The notes beneath the pieces were generated by a model. It saw only the letters and a program-made list of their open reading frames with translations. It ran no database searches and had not been told where the DNA came from. Of a DNA stretch of 64,000 nt, positions 17,770-28,889 are shown one piece after another. Every line of letters begins with the position of its first letter. Within the stretch, counting starts at the first letter, position 1. Both the position numbers and the translations under genes were made by a program. Origin of the DNA: a bacterium (GTDB taxonomy: Bacteria; UBA8248); the NCBI GenBank assembly GCA_965221165.1, contig CBDCRP010000003.1, positions 1,920,001-1,984,000 of the forward strand, given 5' to 3'.

Positions 17770-18957
17770 ATGAGCGCGGGCGGCATCACAATTTCCGAAC
17801 TCACGAGCGCGGTCAAGGAATGCGCCCTCTCGCACGGTTTCGACGTTGCCGCGGTCGCCCCTCCCGGCCTGGGCCAAGCGCACGGGCGATACCTCGAATG
17901 GATCGAGCGAGGCTACGCGGGCGAGATGAGCTATCTGGGCAGAAACCCCTATGTGCGCGGCGATTTGCGCCGCCTCTGGCCGGAGACGCGCACAGCCCTC
18001 GTGGTCGCCATGTGCTACAAGCCCGAGGAGGAAACGCCCCACGGGCGCGGGCAGGGGAAAATCGCGCGCTACGCCCACGGCGGGGATTACCACAAGTTCA
18101 TGAAGAAAAGGCTGATTCGCGTTCTGCGCGACCTTAAAAGTATCGACCCCGGAATCGAGGGCAGAAGCTACGTGGACACCGGTCCCCTGCTCGAGCGCGA
18201 CCTGGCCGTCATCGCGGGCCTGGGCTGGAAAGGAAAAAACTCGCTCCTGCTCTCGCGTCGGCTGGGGAGTTATTTCTTCCTGGGATGCCTGCTCCTGAAC
18301 CGTGCGCTCGAGGCGGACCCGCCCTTCGTCGAGGAGCATTGCGGCACGTGTACGCGGTGTATCGACGATTGCCCGACGGACGCCATCATAGCGCCCGGCG
18401 TGGTGGATGCGCGGCGCTGCATCTCCTACCTCACCATTGAGCTCAGAGGCCCGATTCCCAGGGAGCTCCGCGCTCCGGTGGGCGCGCACGTCTTCGGCTG
18501 CGACATCTGCCAGGAGGTCTGCCCCTGGAACGATGACGCCCCCACCGCGCGCGAGCCGAGGTTCGCCCCCCGCCCGGCGGCGCGGAATCCGCAATTGCTC
18601 GATTTCCTTGCCATGAGCGAGACCGGGTTCCAAAAGACGTTTCGCGGCACGCCCGTCAGGCGCGCGCGCTACGGGGGTTTCCTGAGAAACGTCATCGTCG
18701 CGGTCGGCAACACGGGCGGCGCGGAGAGCATCGCACCTCTAAGCCGCGCCCTCGAGCACAGAGAACCCCTGGCGCGGGGCCACGCCGCGTGGGCGCTCGC
18801 CCAGGTCGGCAAACGTATCCGCGATGAGCGCGCGCGCTTCGCTCTCGAAGCCAGGCTCGAAGTCGAAAGAGACGCCTGGGTGCGCGAGGAGATCGAACTG
18901 GCCCTCGGCGAATTCGCCCTGCTGTCGCTTCCCGTCTACGGGAGCGAGGGGTCATAA
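17770..18957 (+). CDS. queG: Epoxyqueuosine reductase
   Basis: IARYAHGGDYH, VDTGPLLER, CGTCTRCIDDCPT, CISYLTIE, GCDICQEVCPWN, HEAT-like tail. Confidence 0.95.
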   Translation: MSAGGITISELTSAVKECALSHGFDVAAVAPPGLGQAHGRYLEWIERGYAGEMSYLGRNPYVRGDLRRLWPETRTALVVAMCYKPEEETPHGRGQGKIARYAHGGDYHKFMKKRLIRVLRDLKSIDPGIEGRSYVDTGPLLERDLAVIAGLGWKGKNSLLLSRRLGSYFFLGCLLLNRALEADPPFVEEHCGTCTRCIDDCPTDAIIAPGVVDARRCISYLTIELRGPIPRELRAPVGAHVFGCDICQEVCPWNDDAPTAREPRFAPRPAARNPQLLDFLAMSETGFQKTFRGTPVRRARYGGFLRNVIVAVGNTGGAESIAPLSRALEHREPLARGHAAWALAQVGKRIRDERARFALEARLEVERDAWVREEIELALGEFALLSLPVYGSEGS

Positions 18958-19191
18958 ACCAGCAGGTCAATGAAAGAAATCCCTCAAAAGCAAACTAATC
19001 CCTTACCTCAACCTGCCCGTCAGGCGCGATGCGCCGTTCTCTTCGGCCCTAAACAAGCAAGCACAATACCGCTCGATTCCTCATCTCAAACCCCGCCGGG
19101 CGTTCCGGCGCTTTCTCTCGTGTGCTAGAATCGGTGCTTCTAAAAACAACTCGGCGTCTTAAAGCCGGTTCAAACACGATGGGAGCGCGCC

Positions 19192-19995
19192 ATGAAGACC
19201 GTATCCGTAAACGGAATCGATATCGCCTACCAGGAATCTGGGAGCGGGGCGCCGCTCCTGCTCCTGCACGGGTTTTCCCTGGATCACACCATCTGGGGGC
19301 CCCAGGTCGAAGCGCTTGAGAGAAGCTACCGGGTACTGGCTCCCGATATGCGCGGCATGGGCAGAACGGCGCACTCAGGCGGCCCCATCACGGTCGAGAT
19401 GATGGCCGACGACATGGCGGCCTTCTTAGGCGCGCTCGATATCAGCGCCGCCGCCGTGGCGGGGTTTTCCCTGGGCGGCTACATCCTGCTCCAGATGGTG
19501 GTCCGCCATCCGCTGAAAGTCCGCGCGTGCGGTTTCATCAGCACCCGGGCGACGGCGGACTCAGAAGAGGGCAAAAAGGTGCGCCTACAGCACATGCAGA
19601 CCGTCATCAACGAGGGGATGGCGGGTTTCGCGGGGCATTTTCTGGAGAGCCTGTTTGCGCCCGCCTACATAGATGCCCATCCGCTAGAAATAGAGGCCAC
19701 GCAAAAGGTCGTGCTCTCACAAATCCCCGACTACATCGCCTCGCTCATCGACGCTCTGCGCACGCGCGAGGAGATGACGCCGCGCCTGGGCGAAATCGCC
19801 GTTCCATGCGCCGTGTTCGGCGGCACGGGCGATGCGCTGGTGCCGCACGCGCAGATGACCGCACTGCACGAGGGGCTGAGCGATTCCGTCATCGAGTTGG
19901 TCGAAGGTGCTGGCCACACGACGCCGTTCGAGTGCGCCGATCGCGTGAGCTTTCAGCTCGACCAGATGATGCAGCGCGCGGGCATGTGGATGTAG
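19192..19995 (+). CDS. Alpha/beta fold hydrolase
   Basis: LLHGF, DMRGMGRT, GFSLGG nucleophile elbow, GAGH. Confidence 0.9.
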   Translation: MKTVSVNGIDIAYQESGSGAPLLLLHGFSLDHTIWGPQVEALERSYRVLAPDMRGMGRTAHSGGPITVEMMADDMAAFLGALDISAAAVAGFSLGGYILLQMVVRHPLKVRACGFISTRATADSEEGKKVRLQHMQTVINEGMAGFAGHFLESLFAPAYIDAHPLEIEATQKVVLSQIPDYIASLIDALRTREEMTPRLGEIAVPCAVFGGTGDALVPHAQMTALHEGLSDSVIELVEGAGHTTPFECADRVSFQLDQMMQRAGMWM

Positions 19996-20006
19996 GCTTG
20001 GCGTAA

Positions 20007-20550
20007 GGGGATGTTGAAAAAACCCCAAAAAACAGGGAATGGATTTCTCAATCGACATACGCTAATGAAATGACTCCCCCCTTGAGGGGGTTGTTGAAAA
20101 ATCCGGTCCTGGGAGCGAGCGCAAATGCAGTTCCTCCTTTCTCAGTCGGAACTGACCTCATCGGTCGCGTCAAACCCTCGTTTGCATGGCCACCGTATCG
20201 ACCTCACCCTGAGTAGCCGCCGAAGGTCAAACGCGACTGAGAAAGGAGCGTTTGTATCGAAGGGCGCTACCTTTCGATGCGCCCCGTTTGACCCTCCCTC
20301 CTCGTAGGGTCAAACCCTCGATACGGCGCGCGAGCGCGCCTACTCGGGATGAGGGAGGTATTCGCCGCCAGGGCGGCGAATACGTCGTGGATCAAACGCG
20401 AGTGAGGAATGTCAAATCCGAGTGAGGAGCGAGGATTTGTTTGACGCGAGTGATGAACAAGCGTTTGCCGACCGACGAGAGAGGTATTACGCGCAAGGGC
20501 GACGAATGCGCCGCAGGCATTTTCCCTTGAGGGGGTTTTTCAACAACCCC
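20007..20550. mobile_element. Non-autonomous MITE-like element with IS5/IS1182-style ends and nested palindromes
   Basis: Left ends ggggatgttgaaaaa (20007) and ggggttgttgaaaaa (20087); right end tttttcaacaacccc (20536-20550); GTAA flanks both outer ends; no transposase ORF. Confidence 0.7.
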
Positions 20551-20555
20551 GTAAG

Positions 20556-21329
20556 CTACCCCCAGGAAACTTTTTCTCTCAGCCAGTCGATCTGCTTGAC
20601 GGGTGCTGCGAGTACGGGTTCAGGCGTCCGGCGTCCATCGGCCAGCGCCGCGTAGTCTATTTCCGCTCCTGAAAGATACGCCACGCTTCCCCCCGCGCGC
20701 TCGTAGATGAGTGCGGCGGCAGCGAAATCATACGCGCGTATCGGCTCCATCAGCGTACCAAAGCCCGAACCCGCCGCCGTGAGGCATACGTGGCAGGCGG
20801 CTGAGGCCAGCGCGAGAAAGCGTCCCGGATAGCGATGCGAGAGGCCTTTCACCTCGCCGCACGGGACGAAGAGATAATCGTGCGCGGTGGGAGCCTCCTG
20901 CCCGACTTTGGGGAGCGACGCACCATTTCTCATTGCGGGGCCTGAGATCGTAGCGGTGAAGGTATCGCCCATCGCGGGCATATGGACGACGCCCGCCTCC
21001 ACGAGAGCGCCTTTAAGACACGCGATGGAGACCGCCCAGAAGGGGAGTCCCTTCAAGTAGGGGCCGGTGCCGTCGATGGGGTCAATCGCCCACCAGCGGG
21101 TGTCGGGGCCGATCTCGCGTGCGCGGCTCACCCCGCTTTCCTCCGCCAGTACGGGGTCATCGGGCCAGGCCGCGCGAATTCGGGAGAGAATGATATCCTC
21201 CGCCTCCCTGTCGGCGCGCGAGACGATGCTCCGCCCCTTGGGTTCACTCTCCACGTGGCCAGCCAACTCCACCGCGCGCGCGCCAGCCTCCCGGGCGGTC
21301 TCCTCCATGAACGAAACGATATCGGACAC
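20556..21329 (-). CDS. Inositol monophosphatase family protein
   Basis: ADREAE, LAEESG, WAIDPIDGT, YDFAAAALI. Confidence 0.9.
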   Translation of the reverse strand: MSDIVSFMEETAREAGARAVELAGHVESEPKGRSIVSRADREAEDIILSRIRAAWPDDPVLAEESGVSRAREIGPDTRWWAIDPIDGTGPYLKGLPFWAVSIACLKGALVEAGVVHMPAMGDTFTATISGPAMRNGASLPKVGQEAPTAHDYLFVPCGEVKGLSHRYPGRFLALASAACHVCLTAAGSGFGTLMEPIRAYDFAAAALIYERAGGSVAYLSGAEIDYAALADGRRTPEPVLAAPVKQIDWLREKVSWG

Positions 21330-21542
21330 CCGGACTCCTTTTTCTCTTAAAGCTCCGGCTTGAGGGTTTGAGCCACGCGCCATGATGGGGGAGCCTCGGG
21401 CCGATGACAAGGGCGCAGCGGGCGCGAGGAGATTCGCTCCCTTTGAAAGGGAGACCCGAATCGTCGACAAAAGGCGGTTGAATTGTTACAAGGGGAAAAT
21501 TTTCTGCTTCACGGGAAGCCCACAGACACAGGAGACTTATCC

Positions 21543-21980
21543 ATGCCATTCGCCCGAACCCATCGACTCACCACCAAGGGGGCCAGATTGATGATGACGG
21601 CCGCCATCGCCAAGGCGGAGGAGTTCGGCATCCCCGTCACCGTGGCCATCGCCGATGCGGGCGGACACTTGGTCCTGCTCGAGCGGATGGACGGCGGGCG
21701 TTTTCATACCGTGCATTCCTCCACCACCAAGGCGGTGTGTTCGGCCTCGAACAAGCGGCCCACCACCACGCAGGGCGCGCAGGCCCAGCATCTCGATACC
21801 GCCCACGCCTTGGGGTTGGCCCTGGCCGCGGGTCCCGAGCGATGGACGGCGATGGAAGGCGGCTTTCCGATCCTCTATGAGGGCGAATGCCTGGGCGGCA
21901 TCGGCGTGAGCGGAGGCGACTGGGCGCAGGATGAGGCCATCGCGCGCGTCGCCGTCGAGGCGGTGGGCGCTTCTTTTTGA
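21543..21980 (+). CDS. GlcG/HbpS family heme-binding protein
   Basis: VTVAIADAGGHL, GGFPI..GGIGVSGG..QDEAIA. Confidence 0.9.
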   Translation: MPFARTHRLTTKGARLMMTAAIAKAEEFGIPVTVAIADAGGHLVLLERMDGGRFHTVHSSTTKAVCSASNKRPTTTQGAQAQHLDTAHALGLALAAGPERWTAMEGGFPILYEGECLGGIGVSGGDWAQDEAIARVAVEAVGASF

Positions 21981-22064
21981 TCCAAGGTGCGGTGCGCCTT
22001 TGCGAAAACCCGCAAAAAACAATTTTTATCCCCTATATCGGCATCATAAGGAGTCACTGGAAAA

Positions 22065-23078
22065 ATGAGTTCAAAACCCCTGAGGGTGGCCTCGCTCGGC
22101 ATGGGATGGTGGTCGGACGTTCTGGCCGATGCGATTCAAAAGAGCGATAAAATCGAGATTGCCGCCTGCTTCACGCGCTCAGAAGAGAAGCGCGCGGCCT
22201 TCGCGAAAAAATACAATTGTGAGGCGGCGGGGAGTTATGAGGAAATTCTGGTGGATGATTCGGTCGAGGCCATCATCAACACCACGCCCAACCACGTTCA
22301 CCTCGAATCCACGGAGGCGGCGGCGCGGGCGGGCAAGCACGTTTTTCTGGATAAACCCATCGCCCATACGGTCGCCGACGGCAAGGCGCTCACCCGCGCG
22401 TGCGCGGAGGCGGGCGTGGTTCTCGCCATCGGCTACCAGAGGAGGCGGGAGAACCATTTCCGCTGGATCAGGAACCGGATCGACGCGGGCGAATTCGGCA
22501 GGCTCGTGCAGGCGGAGTGCAACATCAGCAGAGACAGGGAGGGGCAGTTCGAACCCGGCCACTGGCGCTATCAGTCCGACGCCATGCCGGGCGGCGTCAT
22601 GCTCCAGATAGGCATCCACTACGCCGACGTGCTGACCTACCTGATGGGTCCCGTGGTGGCCGTTTCGGGAAGGACGGCCCAACTCGTCCTGCCCGGTGAG
22701 AACCCCGACGTGGCGAACCTGATCCTGGAGCACGAATCAGGCGCCATCTCGAACCTCACGGCGAGCTACGCCTCGGCTTCGGAGTATTACCTCATGAACA
22801 TTTACGGGAAAACGGCCACGGCCTACTACACGCTTTTTGACGGCCTGCGCGTCCTCTACCAGGGAGAGAGAGCGCCCAAGTCGGTGGCATGTGAGAAGAA
22901 CGACACCATCGTGGAGGAGATCGAAGAATTCGCGGACGCCGTTCGCGGAGGCGCGCGGCCGGAGATGGAAGGAGAGGCCGCCGTATCCTCTCTCGCCGTC
23001 ATCCGCGCGGGCGTACGCTCCGCGCGCGAGGGACGCCGCGTGGAGGTGGCCGAAATCCTCAATGACCCGAACGAATAA
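22065..23078 (+). CDS. Gfo/Idh/MocA family oxidoreductase
   Basis: GMGWW Rossmann start, TPNHVH, GKHVFLDKP, GGVMLQIGIH. Confidence 0.9.
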   Translation: MSSKPLRVASLGMGWWSDVLADAIQKSDKIEIAACFTRSEEKRAAFAKKYNCEAAGSYEEILVDDSVEAIINTTPNHVHLESTEAAARAGKHVFLDKPIAHTVADGKALTRACAEAGVVLAIGYQRRRENHFRWIRNRIDAGEFGRLVQAECNISRDREGQFEPGHWRYQSDAMPGGVMLQIGIHYADVLTYLMGPVVAVSGRTAQLVLPGENPDVANLILEHESGAISNLTASYASASEYYLMNIYGKTATAYYTLFDGLRVLYQGERAPKSVACEKNDTIVEEIEEFADAVRGGARPEMEGEAAVSSLAVIRAGVRSAREGRRVEVAEILNDPNE

Positions 23079-23104
23079 ATCATAAAATCTTAAAAGGAGA
23101 AGCC

Positions 23105-23902
23105 ATGCCACGCATTCAAGCCGGTGAGGTGCAACTGAACTACGCGGAAAGTGGAGAGGGGGAGGCGTTTTTGTTCATCCCCGGCCTCATGGGTCTTCTG
23201 GACGCCTGGGATTTCCAGATTCCCCATTTCTCGGACCGCTACCGCTGCATCACCTTCGACCACAGGGGCACGGGCGAGAGCGACAAGCCCAAAGACGCCT
23301 ATTCCACAGGCATCATCGCGCAGGACGCGGTCGCCCTGCTCGACGCGCTGGGAATCGAAAAGGCCCACGTGGCGGGCACTTCCACGGGCGGGTGCATACT
23401 GCAAAATCTGGCGCTCGACTACCCCGAGCGGATAAATTGTTGTGTTTTCACCAACACCTGGACGAAGGCGGACCCCTACATGACGCGCTTACAAACCTCG
23501 CGCAAGCAGATCGCCGAGGCCTACGGGCTGGAGGAATACATCAAGTTCAGCTCGCTGTGGACGTGCGGGTGGACGCAGTTCCGGAATATGTACGAGAACC
23601 TGCTCGACCTCGAATCGCGCCAGAAGGACACCATCGCGCCCGTGGAGGTCATCACCGCGCGCCTCGACATGACGCTCACCCACGACAGAACCGCAGAGAT
23701 TCAGGGCATCGACAAGCCTTCGCTCATCATCGCCGCGAAAGACGACGCCCTCACCCCGCCGTACTTCGCCCAGGACTTACAAAAGGCGATAGCGGGTTCC
23801 AGGCTCGTGATACTGGAAGAGGGGGGCCACTACAGCTACCGCCGCTCCCACGTGGAGTGGAACGCGGCCGTGGATGCGTTTTTAGTGGAAGCGGCCGGTT
23901 AG
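23105..23902 (+). CDS. Alpha/beta hydrolase (RutD-like)
   Basis: DHRGTGES, GTSTGG, DDALTP, EGGH. Confidence 0.85.
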   Translation: MPRIQAGEVQLNYAESGEGEAFLFIPGLMGLLDAWDFQIPHFSDRYRCITFDHRGTGESDKPKDAYSTGIIAQDAVALLDALGIEKAHVAGTSTGGCILQNLALDYPERINCCVFTNTWTKADPYMTRLQTSRKQIAEAYGLEEYIKFSSLWTCGWTQFRNMYENLLDLESRQKDTIAPVEVITARLDMTLTHDRTAEIQGIDKPSLIIAAKDDALTPPYFAQDLQKAIAGSRLVILEEGGHYSYRRSHVEWNAAVDAFLVEAAG

Positions 23903-26900
23903 TTCCCGGCTCTTGAGGGTTTTACGCGAGAAGCAGGCGCGCCGCTCGCACCGCTTGGCGCGGAAGCGGCCACTCCGGCCCGATTCGCCGAGGCGAAGCT
24001 GCGGGGCCGTAAGAAGGCCAGGAAATCCACCCACAAGGAGAAGACGACCGGTATCAGCAGCAGGGTGAACAGCGTGGACATGGCCAGTCCGCCCAGGACG
24101 GCCGAGCCCAGCCCCCGGTAGAGCTCGCTGCCCGAACCCGAGGAGAGGACCAGGGGCAGCATGCCGAGCACGGTCGTCGCCGTCGTCATGAAGATGGGGC
24201 GCATTCTGTCGCGCGCGCTCTCCAGGATGGCCTCGCGCATGGGGAGACCGGCGCGGAAATGGTTCAGCGCCTGGTGGACGAGCAGAATCGCGTTGTTCAC
24301 CACGATGCCCGTCAGGATGATGAAGCCCAGCATGGTGAGCGTATCCATCTTCACCGATGGTTCAATCGAGTTCATCACGCTCACCATCAGCACGCCGCCC
24401 GTGGCGGCGAAGGGTACGCTGAACATGATGATGAGCGGATAGCTCCACGCCTCGAACAGGGCCGCCATCAACAGATAGGTGATCAGAATCGCGAGCAAAA
24501 GCGACCACTTGAGCGACCCCCAGGTTCTCTCCAAATCTTTCGCCCGTCCGCTCACGTCCAGCGAATAGCCGAGCGGAAGCGTCTTGCGCATCGGACTGAT
24601 GACCTCTCGCTTCATTTTGTCGATCGCCACCTGAAGCGGAAGTTCGTTACCGATGTTGACCGTAAGCGACACGGAGCGGTCGCGGTCGATATGCTCGACC
24701 TTGGTCGGCCCCAGGGCCGCCCGCACCTCGGCGATGTCCCCGAGCGCGACGACCCGGCCCTCGGGCGTGTGCACCTTGATCTCCGATATCCGCTGCGTCC
24801 TCGTGAAATCGGAAAGCGGCCCGCGCAGTATGATGTCCAGTTCCTCGCCGCGATCCCGCAAAATCCCGGCCTTGGTCCCGTTTACGAGCGTTTCCACGAC
24901 CCCCCCGATCTCTGAGACCGAGAGGCCGAACTCCGCCGCCTTCTGGCGGTCCACGTGCACCTGAAGCTCGGGATTTCCCAGGTCGAAGCTCGAGTTCACG
25001 AAGCGCACGCCCTCGAGCCCGCGCGCGCGGGCGCCCACGTCGGCGGCGATACGCTGAATCTCGTTCAGGCTGTTTCCGGTGATGTCGACCTGTAAGTTGA
25101 TTCCTCCGATGAAGCCCGAACCGCGCCGCCTGAACAACGACGCCTGTGTGACGAACGCGCGCACTCCGGGTATGCCCTGGAGGGTTCCGAACAATTTGCC
25201 CACGAGGCGGCGCATGGAAGCGAGGTCGGAATGTTCTTTTTTGACGATCATGCCGATGATGGGGTTTTGCGCGCGCGCCACGGCGAAAAACCGATCGAGT
25301 TCCTCGACGCGCGCGAGTCTCGCCTCGAGACTCCGCACGATTCTGTCCATTTCATCGAGGTTCAATCCCGGAGAGGTGCGCATGAACGCGAAAATGAGGT
25401 TGCGGTTGCCTTTGGGCAGATAGTCGATGGGAGGAAAAAACTGAACCGCCAGGACGACGGCGCCCGCCGTGATGAGCGTGGCCACGAAGAGGCGCCTGAT
25501 CACCCCGCGCAGCAGCCAGCTCAGAACGCCCACGTAGATTCGCCGGCAAAGCCTCCCCAGCGCGTAAACGCCCATGAGCCGGAACAGGCGGGTCAGCGGG
25601 GATATTCTGCCCGCATCGCTCAGGATGCGTGAACTCAGCATCGGCACCACGGAGATCGACACTACGAGGGAGAGCGCCACCGCCACGCTGATGGCAATAG
25701 CGATGTCGCGGAACAACTGGCCCGATTCGTCCTGAACGAACACCACGGGGACGAAGACGGCCAGCGTGGTCAGCGTCGAGGCCAGCACCGCCCCCCAGAC
25801 CTCTTGAGCGCCGTCTACGGCGGCATCCCACTTGCTTTTTCCCATCTCGCGGTGGCGGAAGATGTTCTCCAGCACCACGACGGAGTTGTCCACCACCATG
25901 CCGACGGCGAACGCCATGCCCGCCAGGGAGATGATGTTGATGGAGCGGCCCAGCACGAAAATAAAAATGAACGTGGAGACGACGGTGACCGGTATGGCGA
26001 CGCCGATGACCATCACGCTCGAGAGGCTCCCCAGAAACAGGAGCAGCACGCCTATCGCCAGCGCCCCGCCCACGAAGATGTTGTTGATCACGAGAGAGCG
26101 GGACTGGTTGATGTAGTCGGTCTCGTCATAGACCTGCCTGAGCCTGATGCCGCGCCCCGCGTAGATTTCGTTGACCTCGGCGATCGCCTTTTTGACCCCC
26201 GCCATGACCTTGATGGTGTTGGCGCCGGTTTTCCTCAAAACCCCGAAACCCATGGTCGGCACTTGCCGGATTCGAATCCGCCGCTCGGGATCTCCGTAGT
26301 CGAAGGAAACCTTCGCGACGTCGCGCAGATAGACCGCGCCGCTCCCGTTTTGCGCGATGATGGTATTGCGCACCTGATCGAGCCGCGTGAAATTGCCCAC
26401 CGTGCGCACCGCGTAGCGGCGCTTGCCCTCGTCGATCCTCCCCGCCTTGGTGTTCTTGTTCTCGCGCCGCAGGGCTTCTCGCAGTGCGGTAACCGTGATG
26501 CCCCGCGCGCTCATGGCGGCGTAATCGAGCGTGACGCGAACCTCCCTGTCCTGGCCGCCGAACATCCATACCTGCCCCACACCCTCCACGCGCTCGAGCT
26601 TGGGCCGGATGACGGCGTCTCCCTCCACGCGAACGTCGTTGATGGGGAGTTTGGTTTCGACGATCACCCAGGCGATGGGGTTTTCCGAGTCGGAATTGAG
26701 CGCACTGATGGTGGAGCGGTCCGAATCATCGGGCAGGTTGCGGACGAGTCCCAGTTTTTCCGAGACGTCGAGGCGGGCCACGTCCTTGTCCACGTCCCAG
26801 TCGAACTCCAGCACCACGCGCGATTTGCCCTCCTCGCTGCGCGACGTCATCCGGTTGAGGCCCTCCACCGAGGTGAGCTTCTCCTCGACGGGTTTGGACA

Positions 26901-27087
26901 CCTCTTCTTCCACCTCGAGAGGCGCCGCTCCCTTGTATTCGGTTTCCACCGTGATGACGGGCCTGTCGACCGTGGGCGTCATCTGCACCGGAATCCGGTA
27001 GAGGCTGATGGCGCCGAAGAGCACAGCCAGTATGACGCCGACGGTGGTCGTGACGGGGTATTTGACGCTCGCGCGGGGCAGATTCAT
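23899..27087 (-). CDS. RND efflux permease (AcrB/AcrD/AcrF family)
   Basis: 1062 aa; GMVVDNSVVVLENI, GIVVNNAILL, RMRPIFMT, two 6-TM halves. Confidence 0.95.
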   Translation of the reverse strand: MNLPRASVKYPVTTTVGVILAVLFGAISLYRIPVQMTPTVDRPVITVETEYKGAAPLEVEEEVSKPVEEKLTSVEGLNRMTSRSEEGKSRVVLEFDWDVDKDVARLDVSEKLGLVRNLPDDSDRSTISALNSDSENPIAWVIVETKLPINDVRVEGDAVIRPKLERVEGVGQVWMFGGQDREVRVTLDYAAMSARGITVTALREALRRENKNTKAGRIDEGKRRYAVRTVGNFTRLDQVRNTIIAQNGSGAVYLRDVAKVSFDYGDPERRIRIRQVPTMGFGVLRKTGANTIKVMAGVKKAIAEVNEIYAGRGIRLRQVYDETDYINQSRSLVINNIFVGGALAIGVLLLFLGSLSSVMVIGVAIPVTVVSTFIFIFVLGRSINIISLAGMAFAVGMVVDNSVVVLENIFRHREMGKSKWDAAVDGAQEVWGAVLASTLTTLAVFVPVVFVQDESGQLFRDIAIAISVAVALSLVVSISVVPMLSSRILSDAGRISPLTRLFRLMGVYALGRLCRRIYVGVLSWLLRGVIRRLFVATLITAGAVVLAVQFFPPIDYLPKGNRNLIFAFMRTSPGLNLDEMDRIVRSLEARLARVEELDRFFAVARAQNPIIGMIVKKEHSDLASMRRLVGKLFGTLQGIPGVRAFVTQASLFRRRGSGFIGGINLQVDITGNSLNEIQRIAADVGARARGLEGVRFVNSSFDLGNPELQVHVDRQKAAEFGLSVSEIGGVVETLVNGTKAGILRDRGEELDIILRGPLSDFTRTQRISEIKVHTPEGRVVALGDIAEVRAALGPTKVEHIDRDRSVSLTVNIGNELPLQVAIDKMKREVISPMRKTLPLGYSLDVSGRAKDLERTWGSLKWSLLLAILITYLLMAALFEAWSYPLIIMFSVPFAATGGVLMVSVMNSIEPSVKMDTLTMLGFIILTGIVVNNAILLVHQALNHFRAGLPMREAILESARDRMRPIFMTTATTVLGMLPLVLSSGSGSELYRGLGSAVLGGLAMSTLFTLLLIPVVFSLWVDFLAFLRPRSFASANRAGVAASAPSGASGAPASRVKPSRAGN

Positions 27088-27291
27088 GCCCTCTCCTTCC
27101 TCGGCGGCCTTTCTTTGCGTCGCTCATGCGTGGAGCGGAGCCGGCAAAAATGGGCGGCCTCACGCAACCCGGCCAGATGAACTCGAACACATGCGTATGG
27201 CGGCATGAAACTCGGGTCCCCCCTGAACCCATCACGAGGCCGGGGATTCACACAGCCGCCGGATGACGAACCGCCCTCAGCCTGACGCGCC

Positions 27292-28653
27292 TCATCCACC
27301 GGCTCCTCGCCCGGGCGCAGCTTTCGCGGCGGGCTTCCCGCCTCTCGGGGGGCCTTGCCTCCCACCGGGGCCGCGCCAGCCGCCGCGTCCTCCGCCTGGC
27401 CGGCCGCCCCGGCCCCCAAGGCGAACGGGCATACCGGCCCTCAGGTTTTCGTTGCCCTTCACCACCACCTGCATGCCGGCTCTGAGCGCGCCGCCCGCCG
27501 CCTCCACGAAAGAATCCACGCTTCTGCCCTGTTCGAATGAAACCTCGCGAACGCGCCCTTTCCCGAAGACGAAAACAGAAGCCCCCCGCGCTCTTAAGAT
27601 CAGGGCGTCCTTGGGCACCAGAACCACCTTGGCCGCCTTTCCGTATTCGAGGCTCAGGCGGGCGAACATCCCCGCTTTCAGATCGTAGGATTTGGTGTTC
27701 TGTATCTCCACTTCCACCGGGAAGGTGCGGCTCTTGGGATCCGCCTTGGGGATGACGCCGCGCACCCGGCCCGTGAACGTCCGGCCCCCCAAGGCGTCGA
27801 TGACGACGCGCGCCTCATCTCCTACGCGCACCAGGGATATGCGCCGCTCCGGAATCGGGGCCTGCACCAGCACCCAGTCGAGTTCGATGACCTCGGCCAC
27901 GCGGCCCCCCTTGGTCAGCCACTGGCCGACCTCCACCCACTCCCGGGTGATGAAGCCGGTGAGCGGGGAGCGGATCTTCGTCTTGGTCAAGTCATCGCGC
28001 ACCCGGGCTATCCGCGCCCGCGCCCGGTTTACCTCCGCCCTGGCGCGGGCCTTTTCCTCATCCCTGGGTCCGAGCCTGGCGATTTCCAGATTGCGCGAGG
28101 CCTCTTCATACAACTGCCAACTGGCCTCGTAGCCGGCCGCGGCGCGATCGTGGCTGGCCTTGTCCAGCACTTTTTTTTCATACAAGTCCTGCGCGCGATT
28201 CAGTTCGAGCTCGTTGTTCCGCATCTGCGCTTCGCGCTCGCGCACCTTCGCCTGAAGGGCCGCTATCTCCTCGGGACGCTTGCCCCGTTTCAGGCGCAGG
28301 AGGTCCTGGCGCGCCTTCTCGAGTTCCGCCCGCAGGATGCGCAGTTCAATCTCAAGCCCCGAGCGCCCCACCGTGGCGAGCACGGTTTTGTTCGCGCGCG
28401 CGAAATCGCCCACCTTGAGCGGAGCCGACTGCACCCGGCCTTCCAATTCGCTGCTCACGACCGAGCGGCGGTAGGGCGCCACGCTGCCCACGACGGTAAG
28501 GCGGTTTCTCACCTCGCGCTCGATCACTTTCGCCACGGACACCAGAGGCGGCGGACGCTTTCGCGGACGACCGGCCTCGGATGTGGCGATATCCAAACCG
28601 AAACATGCAAGGGTGGTGACCAGGAGGATGGTTCGGGCGATGAGATGTCTCAC
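27292..28653 (-). CDS. RND periplasmic adaptor (membrane fusion protein)
   Basis: Lipoyl-like halves, long coiled coil, IRSPLTG, SRTFPVEV, LKAGMFAR, LVPKDAL; Gly/Arg-rich tail. Confidence 0.92.
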   Translation of the reverse strand: MRHLIARTILLVTTLACFGLDIATSEAGRPRKRPPPLVSVAKVIEREVRNRLTVVGSVAPYRRSVVSSELEGRVQSAPLKVGDFARANKTVLATVGRSGLEIELRILRAELEKARQDLLRLKRGKRPEEIAALQAKVREREAQMRNNELELNRAQDLYEKKVLDKASHDRAAAGYEASWQLYEEASRNLEIARLGPRDEEKARARAEVNRARARIARVRDDLTKTKIRSPLTGFITREWVEVGQWLTKGGRVAEVIELDWVLVQAPIPERRISLVRVGDEARVVIDALGGRTFTGRVRGVIPKADPKSRTFPVEVEIQNTKSYDLKAGMFARLSLEYGKAAKVVLVPKDALILRARGASVFVFGKGRVREVSFEQGRSVDSFVEAAGGALRAGMQVVVKGNENLRAGMPVRLGGRGGRPGGGRGGWRGPGGRQGPPRGGKPAAKAAPGRGAGG

Positions 28654-28889
28654 GATTTCCTCTTTGCACGAGGCGCGCGCTACCCGCGCGACGATTCCTA
28701 AGCGGCAACGCTTTGGGACATGATCCCAAAACCCTTGAAAAACCGCAACTAAGAAGCCGAGACATCGGGTGGGGACGCCGCGCGGGCGCACTCTCTCATT
28801 TTCCTCTTGATTCTTTGGCGGCCCAAGGTTCATAATGACGCCACCATACATTTTATAGAGTTCCCCCGCTCGGGAAACGGTTTTCTCCC

